Below, in pieces: positions 1 to 12,601 of a DNA stretch of 64,000 nt (its first letter is position 1; each line of letters begins with the position of its first letter). A program made the translations under genes and the position numbers. Below the pieces are notes generated by a model. It was given only the letters and a program-made list of their open reading frames with translations, was not told the DNA's origin and did no database searches. This DNA is from Gemmatimonadaceae bacterium (GTDB lineage: Bacteria; Gemmatimonadota; Gemmatimonadetes; Gemmatimonadales; Gemmatimonadaceae): NCBI GenBank assembly GCA_040901985.1, contig JBBDYC010000007.1, positions 55,657-119,656 of the forward strand, read 5' to 3'.

Positions 1-2
1 GC

Positions 3-110
3 GATGCCGCCATCGAGGGCGGGATGCTCACGCTCCGCATGGACGGCTTGCTGAAGGTCTGGAAGGGCATCACGACGCTGGAGCAGGTGGTGCGCGAGAC
101 GAGCGTGTGA
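3..110 (+). CDS. pilB: 3' end of type IV pilus assembly ATPase (partial)
   Basis: Reads DAAIEGGMLTLRMDGLLKVWKGITTLEQVVRETSV*, a typical PilB/GspE C-terminus; lies directly upstream of pilT-pilC. Confidence 0.85.
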   Translation, partial: DAAIEGGMLTLRMDGLLKVWKGITTLEQVVRETSV

Positions 111-161
111 CCTGCCCCCTCCCGCTCACCTTTCCCCTATCTCCTTTCCCCTCTTGAGAGA

Positions 162-1319
162 ATGACCGCACCCGCCGCCCCAGCCGCCGCTTCGCAGGTC
201 AACCTCCGCGTGCTCCTCGAGGAGATGATCGAGCGCGGCGCGTCCGACCTGCACATCACCGCCGGTGCGCGCGCGATGCTGCGGGTGGACGGCGAGATCG
301 TCACGTCCAAGCAGGACGTCGTCCTCCAGCCGAAGGACACGCTCACGCTCGCCTACTCGATCCTCACCGAGAACCAGAAGAAGCGGTTCGAGCAGGAGGA
401 CGAGCTCGACTTCTCCTTCGGCATCCAGAACCTGGCCCGCTTCCGCGGCAACTGCTTCAAGCAGCGGGGCTGCGTCTCGATCGTCCTCCGCCAGATCCCG
501 TTCAACATCCTCACCTTCGCCGACCTGAAGCTCCCGCCGGTGATCGCCAAGCTGGCCGAGAAACCGCGCGGGATGGTCCTCGTCACCGGCCCCACCGGCT
601 CCGGCAAGTCCACCACGCTGGCCGCGATGATTGACAAGATCAACCGCGAGCGGAAGGGACACATCCTCACGGTCGAGGACCCGATCGAGTTCATCCACAA
701 GCACCAGGGGTGCATCGTCAACCAGCGCGAGGTCGGGAGCGACACCAAGTCGTTCGGCACCGCGCTCAAGTACGCCCTCCGCGAGGATCCCGACGTCGTC
801 CTCGTCGGCGAAATGCGCGACCACGAGACGATTCACGCCGGCCTGACGATCGCCGAGACGGGCCACCTGGCCTTTGCGACGCTGCACACCAACAGCGCCG
901 CCGAGGCGATCAACCGCATCATTGACGTCTTCCCGAGCCACCAGCAGGCGCAGGTGCGCGCCCAGCTGGCGTTCGTCCTCGAGGGGATCATCACCCAGAC
1001 CCTGCTCCCCAAGCGGACCGGGAAGGGGCGCGTGATGGCCGCCGAGATCCTCGTCGTCACGCCGGCGATCCGGGCCCTGATCCGCGACGACAAGATCCAC
1101 CAGGTGTACTCGATGATGCAGTCGGGCAAGAAGCACGGGATGCAGACGCTCAACGACGCGCTGTACGCCCTCTACACGGCGCGCGAAGTCACCGAGGACG
1201 AATGCCTCCGCGTCACCGGCGACCCGGTCGAGTTCCTCCGGATGATCGGCAAGGCGCCGGGCGACGACGGTCCGTCCGCCCCGGCCACGAAACCCGGCGC
1301 GCCCGCCGGTCGTCGCTGA
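162..1319 (+). CDS. pilT: Type IV pilus retraction ATPase
   Basis: GASDLH, Walker A GPTGSGKST, EDPIE, LREDPD, TLHTN and AIRALIR motifs. Confidence 0.97.
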   Translation: MTAPAAPAAASQVNLRVLLEEMIERGASDLHITAGARAMLRVDGEIVTSKQDVVLQPKDTLTLAYSILTENQKKRFEQEDELDFSFGIQNLARFRGNCFKQRGCVSIVLRQIPFNILTFADLKLPPVIAKLAEKPRGMVLVTGPTGSGKSTTLAAMIDKINRERKGHILTVEDPIEFIHKHQGCIVNQREVGSDTKSFGTALKYALREDPDVVLVGEMRDHETIHAGLTIAETGHLAFATLHTNSAAEAINRIIDVFPSHQQAQVRAQLAFVLEGIITQTLLPKRTGKGRVMAAEILVVTPAIRALIRDDKIHQVYSMMQSGKKHGMQTLNDALYALYTAREVTEDECLRVTGDPVEFLRMIGKAPGDDGPSAPATKPGAPAGRR

Positions 1320-1348
1320 TGCAGATCGCATAGCCCCCAGGAGACCCA

Positions 1349-2545
1349 ATGCCCGCATTTGTCTACACGGCCCGCACCGCCACCGGCGACCTCAAGAGCG
1401 CGACCATCGAGGCCGCGAACAAGGAGGACGTCGTCAACCAGCTCAAGCGGCTGCGGATGACGGTCGTCAAGGTGGAGGAGCAGTCCAAGACCAAGTCGAG
1501 CACCAAGGGCTCGGTCGCGATGCGCGACATCGTGATCTTCACCCGGCAGTTCTCGACGATGATCAACTCCGGCCTGCCCCTCGTGCAGGCCCTCGACATC
1601 CTCTCCAAGCAGTCGGAGAATCCAGTCCTCCAGGCGGTCACGCGCCAAGTGGTGTTCGACGTCGAGTCCGGCCACACGGTGGCCGACGCGCTCGCCAAGC
1701 ACCCCAATGCGTTCACCGAGCTCTACGTCAACATGGTGGCGGCGGGCGAGGCCGGCGGCATCCTCGACACCATCCTGCTGCGCCTGGCGACGTTCATGGA
1801 GAAGAACGACGCCCTCGTCCGCAAGGTGAAGGGCGCGATGATCTACCCCGGTGTCATCTCCGGCGTCGCCGGCTCGGCCATCTCGATCCTGCTCCTCTTC
1901 GTCATCCCGACGTTCCAGAGAATGTTCGCGTCGGTCGGCCTCGCGCTTCCGCTCCCGACGCGCATCGTCATCGCGCTGTCCGAGTTCCTCCAGGGCTACT
2001 GGTGGGCCCTCATCATCGCCGGCTTCCTGGGGTTCCGCTTCGCCAAGAGCTACTACGCGACGTCCAAGGGCCAACTCGTGATTGACCGGCTGCTGCTCAA
2101 GGCCCCGGTGCTCGGCGACGTGCTCCGCAAGACCGCGGTGTCGCGCTTCACGCGCACCCTGGGCACGCTGATCAGCTCGGGCGTCAGCATCCTCGACGGC
2201 CTGGAGATCACGGCGAAGACGGCCGGCAACCGCGTCATCTCCGACGCGATCATGGCGTCGCGCGCGTCCATCGCCGGCGGCGACACGATCTCCGCCCCGC
2301 TCGCCAAGAGCCAGGTCTTCCCGCCGATGGTGATCTCGATGATCGCGGTCGGCGAGCAGACCGGCGGCCTCGACGAGATGCTCTCGAAGATCGCCGACTT
2401 CTACGACGAGGAAGTGGACGCCGCGGTCGGTGGCCTCCTCGCCCTGATGGAGCCGATGATGATCGTCTTCCTCGGCGTCGTCGTCGGCGGCATGGTCGTC
2501 GCGATGTATCTGCCGATCTTCGACATGATCAACGCGGTGCAGTAA
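1349..2545 (+). CDS. pilC: Type IV pilus platform protein (GspF family)
   Basis: FTRQFSTMINSGLPL, GEAGGILD, MYLPIF; two T2SSF repeats. Confidence 0.96.
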   Translation: MPAFVYTARTATGDLKSATIEAANKEDVVNQLKRLRMTVVKVEEQSKTKSSTKGSVAMRDIVIFTRQFSTMINSGLPLVQALDILSKQSENPVLQAVTRQVVFDVESGHTVADALAKHPNAFTELYVNMVAAGEAGGILDTILLRLATFMEKNDALVRKVKGAMIYPGVISGVAGSAISILLLFVIPTFQRMFASVGLALPLPTRIVIALSEFLQGYWWALIIAGFLGFRFAKSYYATSKGQLVIDRLLLKAPVLGDVLRKTAVSRFTRTLGTLISSGVSILDGLEITAKTAGNRVISDAIMASRASIAGGDTISAPLAKSQVFPPMVISMIAVGEQTGGLDEMLSKIADFYDEEVDAAVGGLLALMEPMMIVFLGVVVGGMVVAMYLPIFDMINAVQ

Positions 2546-2566
2546 CCACCGGTGAACGTGGATCGG

Positions 2567-2604
2567 TGCAAGACGGGCGGCCCGGTCCCCCCCCCCGTCT
2601 TGCA
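2567..2604. terminator. Inverted repeat between convergent genes, probable terminator
   Basis: TGCAAGACGGG ... CCCGTCTTGCA (11-bp perfect arms) just after the pilC stop. Confidence 0.55.
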
Positions 2605-2654
2605 TCCATCGCCCCGCCCGGCGCGCCGCGTCACGGCGCGTGGGCGCCCCTCCG

Positions 2655-3422
2655 CTAGCCCTCGCGGGCGCCAGACCAGGCCTTCGTCCCCGTGGAGCGA
2701 CCCTCCGCCTCGGCAGTCGCCTCGATGATGTCGGTTTCGTGGTCCACGTACTCGGGGACATCCCGGGTCCGTTCGCTCGGCAGCGCCTGGAGGAACCGCG
2801 CCGCGAACCGCTGGCGGGCCGCGTCATCGCCCGCCGCCCGGGCGCTCCGCATCGCGAGTGCCAAGCCGAGCAGGTGTCTCGGCGCGCCGGCGAGGATCGT
2901 GTCCGCCTCGGCGCGCGCGAGCGCCGGCTCCCCCGAGACGAGGTAGATCAGGCCCAGGTCGTAGCGCCGATGCGGCGTGAGGGGCGCCAGCGCCTGGAAC
3001 GACATCACGGCCATCGGGGCGAAGAAGGCGACCGTGTCCATCTTGCCCTCGGAGGCGGCCGCCATCACGCGGTTGAAGAGCCGGTCCACGCGCTCGTCGC
3101 CCGAGAGTTGCGAGATGTCGGAGGCCGCGCCGCTGAATCCGCCGGCCATCGGCCCCGCCTGCGGATCCGGACGCCCGGAGGCGATGGCGAAGGCGATGAC
3201 CGCGACCACCGCAGCGCTTGGGATGATCCAGGGGAGCGCCCGGACAACGCTGGAGGCCGGGCCGGAGGCGGGGCCAGACGCTGGGCTGGACGCCGGGCCG
3301 GACGCGGCGCCGCGGGCGGGCGTCTGAAACGCACTCGCCGTCAGCGCGAAGCCGCAGTTCGGACAGAAATTGGCCGACGCCGAGAGCGAGGCGCCGCATC
3401 GTTCGCAGAATCGAGGCATCAC
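2655..3422 (-). CDS. Zinc-ribbon membrane protein with helical/TPR-like C-terminus
   Basis: CERC...CPNC N-terminus, SGPAS repeats, one TM helix, helical tail. Confidence 0.7.
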   Translation of the reverse strand: MMPRFCERCGASLSASANFCPNCGFALTASAFQTPARGAASGPASSPASGPASGPASSVVRALPWIIPSAAVVAVIAFAIASGRPDPQAGPMAGGFSGAASDISQLSGDERVDRLFNRVMAAASEGKMDTVAFFAPMAVMSFQALAPLTPHRRYDLGLIYLVSGEPALARAEADTILAGAPRHLLGLALAMRSARAAGDDAARQRFAARFLQALPSERTRDVPEYVDHETDIIEATAEAEGRSTGTKAWSGAREG

Positions 3423-3568
3423 GGGGACGATGGACGGGGCGCGGCCGGCGTCGGCACGCGCGGTGATCGGGATGGCCTACAAGGTACCTCGGGGACGCCT
3501 CTATCATATCTTTCCTGCCGCCGTGCGACCATCGTGCGAAACCTGACGTGGGCTCAAGGATTCGCCCG

Positions 3569-4321
3569 ATGCCGATCACCATCCCAGCCCCCGATCGTTC
3601 GCCAATGCCACCAGCCGTGACACCGGTGCAGGACCTCGCCATCGAGGCGGAGGGCGTGACCCGCCGGTTCGGCGCGAGGTGGGTCCTGCGCGGGATCTCG
3701 TTGCGCGTGGCGCCGGGCGAGATCGTTGGGCTGTTGGGCGCCAACGGGAGCGGCAAGAGCACCCTCCTGCGGATCTTTGCGACGCTGCTTCGTCCCAACG
3801 GCGGCACGGCGCGCGTGAGCGGGGCGGACGTGACTGGGGACGCCGATGCGGTCCGCCGGCGAGTCGGGTTCCTTGCGCACAGCACCGGTCTCTACGAGGA
3901 CCTGACGGCGCGCGAGAACCTCAAGTTCGCGGCGACGATGCTGGGGCGGGCGCCTGGGGACCTCGACGCGTTGCTCGAGCGCGTCGGGCTCACGCCGGTG
4001 GCCGATCGGCGGGTGCGCGGCTACTCCGCCGGGATGCAGCGCCGGCTCTCGCTGGCGCGACTCCTGCTCGCGTCGCCGCGCGTGCTCCTGCTGGATGAGC
4101 CGTACAGCAACCTCGACGCCGACGGCATCGCCCTGATGAACACGATGCTGCGCGGCGCCGCGGCGAGTGGCGCGGCGGCCCTGGTGGTGCTGCACGAGAC
4201 CGCGCCGGCGGCGGGGCTCCTCGACTGGACGGTCACCATCGCCGACGGGCGCATTGCCCACGCCACCGAGTTTGCGCGGCCGCGGCCGGCGAGCGCCCAC
4301 CAGCCGGCGGAGGCGCGCTGA
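3569..4321 (+). CDS. ccmA: Heme ABC exporter ATP-binding subunit (start uncertain)
   Basis: GANGSGKST, YSAGMQRR, LLLDEP; first gene of the ccm operon. Confidence 0.9.
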   Translation: MPITIPAPDRSPMPPAVTPVQDLAIEAEGVTRRFGARWVLRGISLRVAPGEIVGLLGANGSGKSTLLRIFATLLRPNGGTARVSGADVTGDADAVRRRVGFLAHSTGLYEDLTARENLKFAATMLGRAPGDLDALLERVGLTPVADRRVRGYSAGMQRRLSLARLLLASPRVLLLDEPYSNLDADGIALMNTMLRGAAASGAAALVVLHETAPAAGLLDWTVTIADGRIAHATEFARPRPASAHQPAEAR

Positions 4322-5007
4322 TGGCCTGGCTTGACGACTGGCGCCGCGTGCGGGCGATCGCGTGGAAGGACCTCACCACCGAGCGCCGATCGAAGGCCGG
4401 GTTCAATTCCGTCGTCGCATTGGGGGTGACGATCCTCGTGCTTTTCGGCTTTGCCCTCGGCCCCGACGCGGCGGCGCTGCGCCACGCCGCCGCCGGCGCG
4501 CTTTGGCTTGCCGTGCTCTTTGCCGGGGTCCTGGCGTTCAATCGGTCGTATCAGGTGGAACTCGAGACCGGCGCGCTCGAGCCCCTGCTGCTCTACCCGG
4601 GCGCCCGCTGGACCATCTTCACCGGCAAGCTGCTGGCAAACCTCGTCCTCGTCTGGATCCTGCTCGCGATCGTCGTCGTGGTCGGGATCGTGCTCTTCCA
4701 GGTGACGGTTCCCGCCGCCTGGCCCACGCTCCTCGTCGTCCTCGCGCTCGGCGTGGTCGGCCTGGTGACGCTCGGGACCTTCTATGGCGCGATGGCGAGT
4801 CGGAGCCGCGCCCGCGAGGTGCTGCTCCCGCTCCTTCTCTTCCCGATGCTGGTGCCGGTGCTCCTTGCCGCGATGCAGGCCTCGCGCGCGCTGCTCGGCG
4901 GCGACGTGATGCACGAGGCCGGCGCCTGGATCCGCCTGCTGCTCGCCTACGACCTGATCTTCCTCAGCGCCACTCACCTGGCGTTCGCTCATATCATCGA
5001 GGGTTGA
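4321..5007 (+). CDS. ccmB: Heme exporter permease
   Basis: Multi-TM protein, REVLLPLLLFP motif, operon position. Confidence 0.92.
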   Translation: MAWLDDWRRVRAIAWKDLTTERRSKAGFNSVVALGVTILVLFGFALGPDAAALRHAAAGALWLAVLFAGVLAFNRSYQVELETGALEPLLLYPGARWTIFTGKLLANLVLVWILLAIVVVVGIVLFQVTVPAAWPTLLVVLALGVVGLVTLGTFYGAMASRSRAREVLLPLLLFPMLVPVLLAAMQASRALLGGDVMHEAGAWIRLLLAYDLIFLSATHLAFAHIIEG

Positions 5008-5011
5008 TTCC

Positions 5012-5728
5012 GTGAGTTCACCCACCCCGCCGATCGCCGACTCCCCGGTGCCGCAGGCCGGCCGCTGGCCGATCTTCGGCGTCTTTGCGCTCGTCTTCCT
5101 CGTCTTCGCGCAGGTGTCGGCGATCCTCGTGTCGCCGCCCGACCGCGATATGGGCCACCTGCAGAAGATCATGTACGTGCACGTCCCCGCCGCGTGGACG
5201 ACCTTCCTCGCGTTCTTCGTCGTCCTCGTCTTCAGCCTGCTCGTGCTCTGGAAGGGCCGGGAGTCCCACGACCTGATTGCCGCCTCGGCCGCCGAGGTCG
5301 GGGCGATGTTCAACGCGCTGACGCTGGCGTTGGGGATGATCTGGGGCAAGCCGACGTGGGGCGTCTGGTGGACCTGGGACGCGCGGCTCACCTCGACGCT
5401 GGTCCTCCTGCTGATTTTCGTGGGTTACCTTTCGTTGCGGGCCTTCATTGACGACCCCGACCGCCGTGCGCGCTGGTCGGCAGCCGTGGGGGTGCTCGGC
5501 GCAATCAACGTGCCGATCGTCTATATGTCGGTGAAATGGTGGCGGACGCTGCATCAGGTGCAGTCGAGCCCCTCGACGGTGGACCCGGCCTACGTGTATG
5601 GGCTCCGGATCAATGCGGTGGCATTGCTGTTCGTGCTCATCTACTTCGTCCGCCGCCGCTACGAGGCGGCGCGCCTTCTCCGCGCGGCCGAGCAGCGTGA
5701 CGACGCCATCGCCCTTGGAGGACGATGA
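5012..5728 (+). CDS. ccmC: Heme exporter protein C
   Basis: YVHVP, WGKPTWGVWWTWDARLT (WWD domain), WWRTLHQ. Confidence 0.95.
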   Translation: MSSPTPPIADSPVPQAGRWPIFGVFALVFLVFAQVSAILVSPPDRDMGHLQKIMYVHVPAAWTTFLAFFVVLVFSLLVLWKGRESHDLIAASAAEVGAMFNALTLALGMIWGKPTWGVWWTWDARLTSTLVLLLIFVGYLSLRAFIDDPDRRARWSAAVGVLGAINVPIVYMSVKWWRTLHQVQSSPSTVDPAYVYGLRINAVALLFVLIYFVRRRYEAARLLRAAEQRDDAIALGGR

Positions 5729-5880
5729 ATATGGAATCCAGCATCAACTTCGTGATCGCCGCCTACGCGCTGACCTGGCTCGCCCTGGTCGCGTACGCGT
5801 TCCATGCGCATCGCACGCTGCGGCGCGCCCGCGACGAGTATGACCGCGCGACGGGCCAGGCGGCCGGGAGGCCGCGATGA
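5725..5880 (+). CDS. ccmD: Heme exporter protein D (51 aa, absent from the ORF track)
   Basis: MNMESSINFVIAAYALTWLALVAYAFHAHRTLRRARDEY...; single TM plus basic tail; ATGA overlaps with both ccmC and ccmE. Confidence 0.8.
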   Translation: MNMESSINFVIAAYALTWLALVAYAFHAHRTLRRARDEYDRATGQAAGRPR

Positions 5881-6334
5881 CCACCGTGGGCGCGAGTGGC
5901 CGTCGCCGCTGGGCAATCGCCGGCGTGGCGTTGATCGCCGTCACCTTCGCCTGGCTGCTCTTCGGCGGGCTCGACCGGAACGTCGTCTACTTCCTCACCC
6001 CGGCCGAGCTGCTCGCCAAGGGGCCCGAGGCGATTGATGTTCCGGTGCGGCTGGGCGGGCAGGTGAAGCCGGGGTCGGTCCTCTGGGACGAGACGACACT
6101 CGACCTGCGCTTTGCGGTCGTGGACGGGGACGGGGAGGTGGCGGTGCAGAGCACCGGTGCGCCGCCCCAGATGTTCCGTGACGGGATGGGCGTCGTCGTC
6201 GAGGGGCGCTATGGGCGCGACGGGGTGTTCCGGTCGTCGAACCTGATGATCAAGCACTCCAACGAGTACCGCGCGCCGGCGGAGGGCGAGCGGCCCCACG
6301 AGATGTACCGCACCCTGTTCGAGGCGACCCCGTA

Positions 6335-6335
<1 letters not shown>
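5877..6335 (+). CDS. ccmE: Heme chaperone
   Basis: VRLGGQV, FRDGMGVVVEG, KHSNEY (HxxxY heme site). Confidence 0.95.
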
Positions 6336-8295
<1,960 letters not shown>

Positions 8296-8299
<4 letters not shown>

Positions 8300-8868
8300 A
8301 CTGGGGTCGCGCGCTGACGGCCGCCGCGTTCGGCGTACCGGTCATCGGCCTCCTGACGTGGGGGCTGACTCGCGACCCGAAGTTCATTCCGTCGCCGCTC
8401 CCCGGACGCGAAGGTCCGGCATTCGCGCTGGAAGTCTTCGCCCCCGGCCTGCCCCCGATCGCCCGGCCCGTCGGCGACACGCTCTCCCTCCAACGGCTCC
8501 GCGGCAAGGTCGTCGTGGTGAACTTCTGGGCCTCCTGGTGCCTCGCCTGCCGCGACGAGCATTCCGATCTCTCGACGACCGCGCTGCGCTACGCCGACCG
8601 CCCGGTGCAGTTCATCGGCGTGCTGTACCAGGATCGGATCGAGCCGGCAATCAACTGGATCGGGCAGATGGGCGGACAGACCTACCCGTCGGTCACCGAC
8701 CCGCGCTCGCGCGCGGCGATTGCCTATGGACTCTACGGCGTCCCCGAGACCTTCATCCTCGACGCCGCCGGCCGCGTGGCGCACAAGCAGACGGGGCCGA
8801 TCACGGCCCCCATTCTCACGCGAATCATTGACTCGCTGCTGAGCACGATGAACGGAATGGCGCCGTGA
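8296..8868 (+). CDS. ccmG: Thiol:disulfide oxidoreductase CcmG/DsbE
   Basis: NFWASWCLAC, YGVPETF; ATG overlaps the ccmF stop. Confidence 0.9.
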
Positions 8869-9338
8869 GGCGCGCGATCGGGCTTGAGTCCGTCCTTGCG
8901 CTCGTCCTTGCGCTCGCCCTCGCTCTTGTCGCGACGGCGCCGCTGAAGGCGCAGGTCGCCGATACCGTGACGGCCCGGGCCCGCGCCGACTCGGTGCGCG
9001 CCGACTCGGTGCTCGAGGCACGCACGAGCGCGCTGGCCGCCCAACTCCGCTGCGCCATCTGCCAGGGCATCTCGATCCAGGAGTCCCCCTCCGCCCTCGC
9101 TCGCGAGATGCGCGACGTGGTGAAGGAGCAACTCCGGGACGGGAAGACGCCCGACGAAGTGAAGGAGTTCTTCGTCGCCGCGTACGGGGAGTGGATCCTG
9201 CTCTCGCCACGTCCACGCGGGCTCAATCTCCTGCTGTACACCCTGCCCGGCGTGCTCCTCCTCGGTGGCATCGCGCTGATCGTCGTGCTGGTGCGCCGCT
9301 GGACGGCGATGCCGCCGGACGGACCGTCGTCGCCGTGA
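8865..9338 (+). CDS. ccmH: Cytochrome c biogenesis protein CcmH
   Basis: LRCAICQG, YGEWILLSP, C-terminal TM. Confidence 0.92.
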   Translation: MRRAIGLESVLALVLALALALVATAPLKAQVADTVTARARADSVRADSVLEARTSALAAQLRCAICQGISIQESPSALAREMRDVVKEQLRDGKTPDEVKEFFVAAYGEWILLSPRPRGLNLLLYTLPGVLLLGGIALIVVLVRRWTAMPPDGPSSP

Positions 9339-9426
9339 GACTGGCCCTGCAGGGCCCCGCGCCGCGCGTCACCGGGCGACCGTAGCGGCGCTCCCATCGG
9401 CGCGCGCCCGGGGCGACATTTCGCGA

Positions 9427-10401
9427 ATGCCACCTTCCGCATTGCGGTCCCGGCAGCTGCCGTCGGTCGTCCTGCTCCTCGCGGCGGTCGCCGTCGGCGC
9501 GTGCGCCGCGTCGCAACCGCAGGCCGATCGCGCGGCGTCGCGCGCCAGCCGCCTTCCGGTGCTCGATTCGGCGCGACTGCTGGCCGACGTCGCGCGCCTC
9601 TCGCACGACTCGATGGCCGGCCGCGCCGCGATGACGCCCGAGAACGCCAAGGCGCGCGATTGGCTCGTCAGCGAGGTCCGCCGGTTGGGCCTCGACCCAG
9701 TGGGCGGGAACTACGTCCATCCCTTCGTCGCGGCGCGACGGAACCGCCCCGATTCCGTCCACGGCGCCAACGTGGCGGCGCTCCTGCCGGGGAGCCGGAC
9801 GCCCGAACGCCTGATCGTCGTCAGCGCGCACTACGACCACGTCGGCGTGCGGAACGGCCAGATCTTCAACGGCGCCGATGACAACGCCTCGGGCACCGCG
9901 GCGGTGCTGGCGCTCGCCGCCCACTTCGTGGCCCATCGTCCGGCGCACTCGATTCTTTTCGTCTTCTTTGACGCCGAGGAATTGGGATTGCTCGGCGCCC
10001 GGGCGTTCGTCGCCAACCCGCCCGTCTCCCTCGAGGCGATCGGCGCCAACGTGAACCTCGATATGGTCTCGCGCAGTGACTCGGGCGAACTCTACGCCGC
10101 CGGGGCCGCGCGCTACCCGCAACTCCGGCCGATCCTCGAGTCCCTCGTCCCCGACGCGCCGGTGAAGCTGCTGCTCGGCCACGACAGCGGGGCGGGGCGC
10201 GACGACTGGACCAACCTGTCCGACCAGGGCGCATTCCACGCCGTCGGGATCCCGTTCGTCCTCTTCAGCGTCGAGGACCACGCGGACTATCACCAGCCGA
10301 CCGACGACGTCGAACGGATCAACGCGGCATTCTTTTACGGCGCGGTGCGGACGATTGCCGAATTCGTGACGCGGCTCGACGCGGCGCTGCCGCCGCGCTG
10401 A
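9427..10401 (+). CDS. M28 family metallopeptidase, probable lipoprotein
   Basis: SAHYDH, GADDNASG, AEELGLLG, NLDM, DYH; lipobox VGAC. Confidence 0.9.
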   Translation: MPPSALRSRQLPSVVLLLAAVAVGACAASQPQADRAASRASRLPVLDSARLLADVARLSHDSMAGRAAMTPENAKARDWLVSEVRRLGLDPVGGNYVHPFVAARRNRPDSVHGANVAALLPGSRTPERLIVVSAHYDHVGVRNGQIFNGADDNASGTAAVLALAAHFVAHRPAHSILFVFFDAEELGLLGARAFVANPPVSLEAIGANVNLDMVSRSDSGELYAAGAARYPQLRPILESLVPDAPVKLLLGHDSGAGRDDWTNLSDQGAFHAVGIPFVLFSVEDHADYHQPTDDVERINAAFFYGAVRTIAEFVTRLDAALPPR

Positions 10402-10407
10402 CGGCGC

Positions 10408-10929
10408 CTAGGGCCGCCCCGCGAGCAGCGCCGTGACGGCGTCGGTGGCGCGCGCCGTGCGCGACTCGCCCTCGCCGGAGATCTCGACCACCCGCGCGCC
10501 GATGGCGTCCAGCTCGGCGCGAAAGTCGGCGAACAGTTCCTCGCGTTGCACCGGACGGTTGCGCACCCCGTCCGGCGTCCACGGCAGGTCGGGACGGCAG
10601 AGGAGGTAGAGGTCGGCGCGCCGCGCCCGGGCCTCGGCCTCGATCCACGCCGGCACGGCGCCGTAGTAGTGCCGGGCATAGACGATGGTGCTCACGAGGT
10701 CGGTGTCACGGATGAGGAGCGCCGGCCCCGTCGCCGCCACGTCATCCTCGAGCGCCATCGAGAGCCGTGCAATCGGTTCGACCGTCGCCGCGCTGAGCGG
10801 CGCGGCGCCGGTCTCGGCAAGGCGGCGCGCCGCCTCCGGCGTCCACGGCGCGCCGAAGCGTGCGGCGAGCGCCTCGCTCAGCGTCGTCTTGCCGGAACAT
10901 TCGGGGCCCGTGAGGACGACGCGGATCAC
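10408..10929 (-). CDS. NadR-like ribosylnicotinamide kinase/ATPase
   Basis: VLTGPECSGKTT, DTD, PWTPDGVR; GTG start overlaps the pnuC stop. Confidence 0.85.
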   Translation of the reverse strand: MIRVVLTGPECSGKTTLSEALAARFGAPWTPEAARRLAETGAAPLSAATVEPIARLSMALEDDVAATGPALLIRDTDLVSTIVYARHYYGAVPAWIEAEARARRADLYLLCRPDLPWTPDGVRNRPVQREELFADFRAELDAIGARVVEISGEGESRTARATDAVTALLAGRP

Positions 10930-11555
10930 GCGCCCGCCGCGCCCGCCGCGTTGGCGGCTCCGTCCGCCCCGGCGGCCTGGCCGGCTTCGCCGGCCAGCCG
11001 CTCGCGCAGACTCCGCCGCCAGGACAAGTAGCCGAGCGTGGCCAGCACGAGGAAGGCGGCATAGAGGCCCGCCGTGAGCCGGAGCCCCTGCGTGACGTAC
11101 ATCCCGATATAGACGACGTCCACCGCGATCCAGACCAACCAGTTCTCGAGAAGCTTGCGCGTCATCATCCACTGGGCGACGAGACTCGTGGCGGTGGTGC
11201 CGGAGTCGAGCCACGGGGTGGCGGCATCCGTCCACCGGGCGAGCGAGAAGGTGAGGAGCGCCGCGATTCCGATCCCGATCGGGACGAGTCGGCGGGCCAG
11301 TGCGGCCGTCGTTCGCGTGACGACGACCCCGGTGTGATCCGCGCCGCCGTACTTCCACGCGTACCAGCCGTAGCAGGACAGGCCGAAATAGACGACCTGC
11401 AGCCCCATATTGGCGTAAATCTGCGCACGCCAGAAGATGACGAAGTAGAGCGCCGCGTTGACGAGCGCGGTCGGCCAGGCGGCGATGCGTTGGCGGGTGC
11501 TCAGCCAGACGGTCAGCGCCCCGGTGGCGACGGCGATCCCCTCGAGCGGGTCCAT
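10926..11555 (-). CDS. pnuC: Nicotinamide riboside transporter
   Basis: YGWYAW, PWLDS, RKLLENWLVWIAVD. Confidence 0.92.
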   Translation of the reverse strand: MDPLEGIAVATGALTVWLSTRQRIAAWPTALVNAALYFVIFWRAQIYANMGLQVVYFGLSCYGWYAWKYGGADHTGVVVTRTTAALARRLVPIGIGIAALLTFSLARWTDAATPWLDSGTTATSLVAQWMMTRKLLENWLVWIAVDVVYIGMYVTQGLRLTAGLYAAFLVLATLGYLSWRRSLRERLAGEAGQAAGADGAANAAGAAGA

Positions 11556-11631
11556 CGGGTGAGGGTAAGGGCGCGGCCGACGGTGGACAAGGGAATGGTG
11601 ACGTCCGCATCTTCCGCGCATCCCAAACCCG

Positions 11632-12345
11632 GTGTGCTCCGTGGCCGTCTCGACCGTCCTGCTCGTGCTGAACCTTGCGTTGAACCCCGCGCCGAGCCCT
11701 GCGTCCGGCGCCGGCACCTGTGCCGCCGAGCCGGCCACGTCCGGCGTCGGCGCGCCTGCGGACTCGGCGCTCGTCGCGCTCTACGCCGGCGGCGAGACGT
11801 TCGAGCGCTTCTTGGCGCGGGCCGACGCGCGGCGCGCGATGTGGCGGCGGCACTGGGCGGAGGGTCGCGTCCCCGCCGATGCCCTGGCCACTGCGCGCGC
11901 GCTCGGCGGGCGCTGGCGGCTCCTCGTCATCGCCGTGGACGCCTGCAGCGATTCGGTGAACACGATCCCGTTCATCGCGCTCCTCGTCGCCGCCGTCCCC
12001 GGGCTCGAGATGCGGGTCATTGCCCCCGACGCCGCAGGCGCACTGCTGGAGTCGCGGCGGACGCCCGACGGACGCACGGCCACGCCGACGGTGATCTTCC
12101 TCGACGCCGACGGCCGGGACGCCGGATGTTGGATCGAGCGCCCGTCGGCGCTGCAGGCGCTCGCGCAGGAGGCGCGCGCCGCGGGGACGATCGAGCGATT
12201 CGCCCGCGGCAAGCAGGCCTGGTACGATGCCGACGCCGGCGCGTCAACGGTCCGCGAGATCGTCGAGCTTCTCGTCGCGGCCGCGTCAGGAGCTCCGCGC
12301 TGCGGGTCGCCCCCTGCCACCACCCCCGGCGCCCCGATAGATTAG
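11632..12345 (+). CDS. Exported thioredoxin-like protein
   Basis: Signal peptide, CSDS (CxxS) motif, ATPTVIFLD...WIERP. Confidence 0.75.
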   Translation: MCSVAVSTVLLVLNLALNPAPSPASGAGTCAAEPATSGVGAPADSALVALYAGGETFERFLARADARRAMWRRHWAEGRVPADALATARALGGRWRLLVIAVDACSDSVNTIPFIALLVAAVPGLEMRVIAPDAAGALLESRRTPDGRTATPTVIFLDADGRDAGCWIERPSALQALAQEARAAGTIERFARGKQAWYDADAGASTVREIVELLVAAASGAPRCGSPPATTPGAPID

Positions 12346-12369
12346 AGGGAGTCCACCCTCCACGGATCC

Positions 12370-12591
12370 ATGGCGAAAGAAGAAGCGATCGAACTTGAAG
12401 GAACGGTCAGCGAAGTGTTGCCGAGCGCCACGTTCCGCGTGCTGCTCTCCAACGGACACGACGTGCTGGCGACGATGGCCGGCAAGATGCGGCGCTTCCG
12501 CATCCGCGTCCTGCAGGGCGATCGCGTGACCGTCGAGGTGTCGCCGTACGACCTGAGCCGCGGTCGAATCACCTTCCGCCACAAGAACTGA
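12370..12591 (+). CDS. infA: Translation initiation factor IF-1
   Basis: [11 protein letters not shown]...[21 protein letters not shown]. Confidence 0.98.
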   Translation: MAKEEAIELEGTVSEVLPSATFRVLLSNGHDVLATMAGKMRRFRIRVLQGDRVTVEVSPYDLSRGRITFRHKN

Positions 12592-12601
12592 ACGGGGCGC
12601 G